The notes beneath the pieces are model-generated. The model was not told the DNA's origin. It saw only the letters and a program-made list of their open reading frames with translations, and searched no databases. A stretch of 64,000 bases of DNA from Alphaproteobacteria bacterium (GTDB lineage: Bacteria; Pseudomonadota; Alphaproteobacteria; JAPOUT01; G958296285): assembly GCA_965204775.1 (NCBI GenBank), contig CBDBFH010000029.1:1-64000 (forward strand). The letters run 5' to 3'. The translations under genes were made by a program, and so were the position numbers. The first letter of the stretch is position 1; every line of letters starts with the position of its first letter. Positions 62,490 to 64,000 of this stretch are shown one piece after another.

Positions 62490-63245
62490 TCAATGCGCCA
62501 TGTGCAGCGCATCATTGAGATAAATGCAGGTCAACACCGCAAAGACATAGGCCTGCAAAAAGGCAATCAGAATCTCCAGCGCCGAAAGCGCCGTCATCAG
62601 CGCCAGAGGCGCAAAGCCCCACGCCCCCATCAAAATCACAAAGCCCGCAAAAACCTTCAGCATCGTATGCCCGGCCATCATATTCGCAAACAGGCGGACC
62701 GAAAGACTCAAAGGGCGGGTCAGATAGGAAATAATCTCAATCACCACCAGCAGCGGCAGCAAAACCGCCGGAATCCCCCGCGGAACAAAAAAGCGCAAAA
62801 AACCCGCCCCGTGCCGAGTAAAACCGATCAACGTCACCCCAACAAAAATAAATCCGGCAAAGGCAAAGGTGACAATAATGTGGCTCGTCACCGTGAAGGA
62901 ATAGGGAACCATCCCCAGCATGTTGCAGGCCAGAATGAACACAAACAGCGTGAACACAAACGGGAAATAGCGCATCCCCGCCTCGCCCGAATTCTGCCTC
63001 ACCATATTGGCGACAAACTCATAACTCAGCTCGGCAACCGACTGCCACCGCCCCGGAACCACCGCCCGCCGGCGCAAGCCCGCAAGCATGAATCCGGCAA
63101 CCGCCAGACCCGCCAGAAGCATCCACAACGAGGCGTTCGTGAAGGACAAATCCGCCCCCCCCAAAGAGGGCAGGGCAATCAGCCGGTGCACCTCAAACTG
63201 GTGCATCGGATCAACCGGAAACCCGCTGCCCGCCGCGCTCATCAT
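62490..63245 (-). CDS. atpB: F0F1 ATP synthase subunit A
   Basis: Polytopic membrane protein; LSVRLFANMMAGH (essential Arg). Confidence 0.9.
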   Translation of the reverse strand: MMSAAGSGFPVDPMHQFEVHRLIALPSLGGADLSFTNASLWMLLAGLAVAGFMLAGLRRRAVVPGRWQSVAELSYEFVANMVRQNSGEAGMRYFPFVFTLFVFILACNMLGMVPYSFTVTSHIIVTFAFAGFIFVGVTLIGFTRHGAGFLRFFVPRGIPAVLLPLLVVIEIISYLTRPLSLSVRLFANMMAGHTMLKVFAGFVILMGAWGFAPLALMTALSALEILIAFLQAYVFAVLTCIYLNDALHMAH

Positions 63246-63571
63246 TCAGGCGGCTTCTCCGTGCTCAAACCCTGCAGCTCCCGCGCCCGGCGAAACGCCA
63301 GACGAACCCCCGCCGCACAGCCTAGAAAGAAAAAAACCATAAGAAAAAGCGGCGCCGTCCCCAGCCAGCCGTCCAGCGCAAGACCCGCCGCCGTCCCGAT
63401 CCCAATCGCCGCGGCAAGTTCCACGCTCAAGCGGAGCGCATAGCCTATCGCCATTCCCCGCGCAGATGGTCCTTCCTCCTTCGCATCCGAATCCCGGCGC
63501 TGCTTCGCCTCCGCCAGGCGCCGCTCCAGCGCCGCCAGCTTCGCCGCAGACTCCCCGCGCTCTTCTCGCAT
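63242..63571 (-). CDS. atpI: AtpZ/AtpI family ATP synthase protein I
   Basis: Small 2-TM protein with a charged N-terminus, immediately upstream of atpB. Confidence 0.65.
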   Translation of the reverse strand: MREERGESAAKLAALERRLAEAKQRRDSDAKEEGPSARGMAIGYALRLSVELAAAIGIGTAAGLALDGWLGTAPLFLMVFFFLGCAAGVRLAFRRARELQGLSTEKPPE

Positions 63572-63595
63572 GACCGGAACCCCCGGTCAACCAGA

Positions 63596-64000
63596 TCAGC
63601 CGACCGCAGAAAGACGCGGCTCGCGCAAGGCCTCGGCCTCCGCCAGCTCCACCGAAACCAAACGGCTCACGCCTTCCTCCGCCATCGTCACACCGTACAG
63701 GCGATCCATCCGCGAAAGCGTGATCGGATTGTGCGTGACAATCAAAAACCGCGCCCGGCTCTCCCGCGCCATCTGCTCGACCAGATCGCAAAAACGACCG
63801 ACATTCAGATCATCCAGCGGCGCATCGGCCTCGTCCAGAACGCAGACCGGCGCAGGCCGCGTCATAAACGCCGCAAACAAAAGCGCCAGCGCCGTCAACG
63901 CCTTCTCCCCGCCGGACAGCAACGTCAGACGCTGAAGACGCTTGCCCGGCGGGCGCGCCATGATCTCAACCCCGGCCTCAAGCGGATCTTCGGCCTCAAT
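63596..64000 (-). CDS. smc: chromosome segregation protein SMC, C-terminal part (continues beyond the window)
   Basis: ABC signature [16 protein letters not shown]; Walker B/D-loop [12 protein letters not shown]; the frame stays open to position 64000. Confidence 0.85.
   Translation of the reverse strand: MEAEDPLEAGVEIMARPPGKRLQRLTLLSGGEKALTALALLFAAFMTRPAPVCVLDEADAPLDDLNVGRFCDLVEQMARESRARFLIVTHNPITLSRMDRLYGVTMAEEGVSRLVSVELAEAEALREPRLSAVG

Overview
High-GC (about 65-68% by eye) alphaproteobacterial chromosomal segment, dominated by conserved housekeeping operons in textbook synteny. From left to right the window contains: a trypsin-like protease and a DUF3750 gene; an envelope-stress-like module (small lipoprotein, XpaC-like, TelA, SPFH); zapA, a syntenic 6S RNA slot and 5-formyl-THF cyclo-ligase; yebC-ruvCAB-ybgC-tolQRAB-pal-cpoB-tilS-ftsH-folP-glmM-thiD; a PhzF-like gene and an alanine/glycine symporter; serC-serA-purA; tldD and the aa3 oxidase cluster coxB-ctaD-ctaB-ctaG-coxC-surf1; thrC, an M16 peptidase, a GNAT gene and a PAS-GGDEF-EAL sensor; a DsbD-N-like gene, a peroxiredoxin, an OMP, rnhA, thrB, ispH; a tandem glycine riboswitch driving gcvTHP(A/B); atpI-B-E-F'-F; and the 3' end of smc. 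Accessory or unusual content: (1) a low-GC 1.6-kb islet between gcvPB and atpF carrying one 474-aa protein with an N-terminal PD-(D/E)xK nuclease signature and an otherwise unrecognisable body, the best candidate for an undescribed defence or toxin singleton; (2) a tandemly duplicated cassette array of four secreted Sel1-repeat proteins, each copy carrying a duplicated purA 3' fragment, palindromic 16-bp repeats and a copied promoter-like leader; the array abuts a higBA module and a low-GC small membrane protein; (3) six same-direction +1 frameshifts within 2 kb across ruvB, ybgC, tolQ, tolR and tolA, plus one homopolymer frameshift in the DUF3750 gene; (4) a two-copy tandem 146-bp GC-rich hairpin repeat; (5) an orphan plus-strand terminator suggesting an sRNA or micro-ORF. 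No tRNA, rRNA or CRISPR array was recognised.
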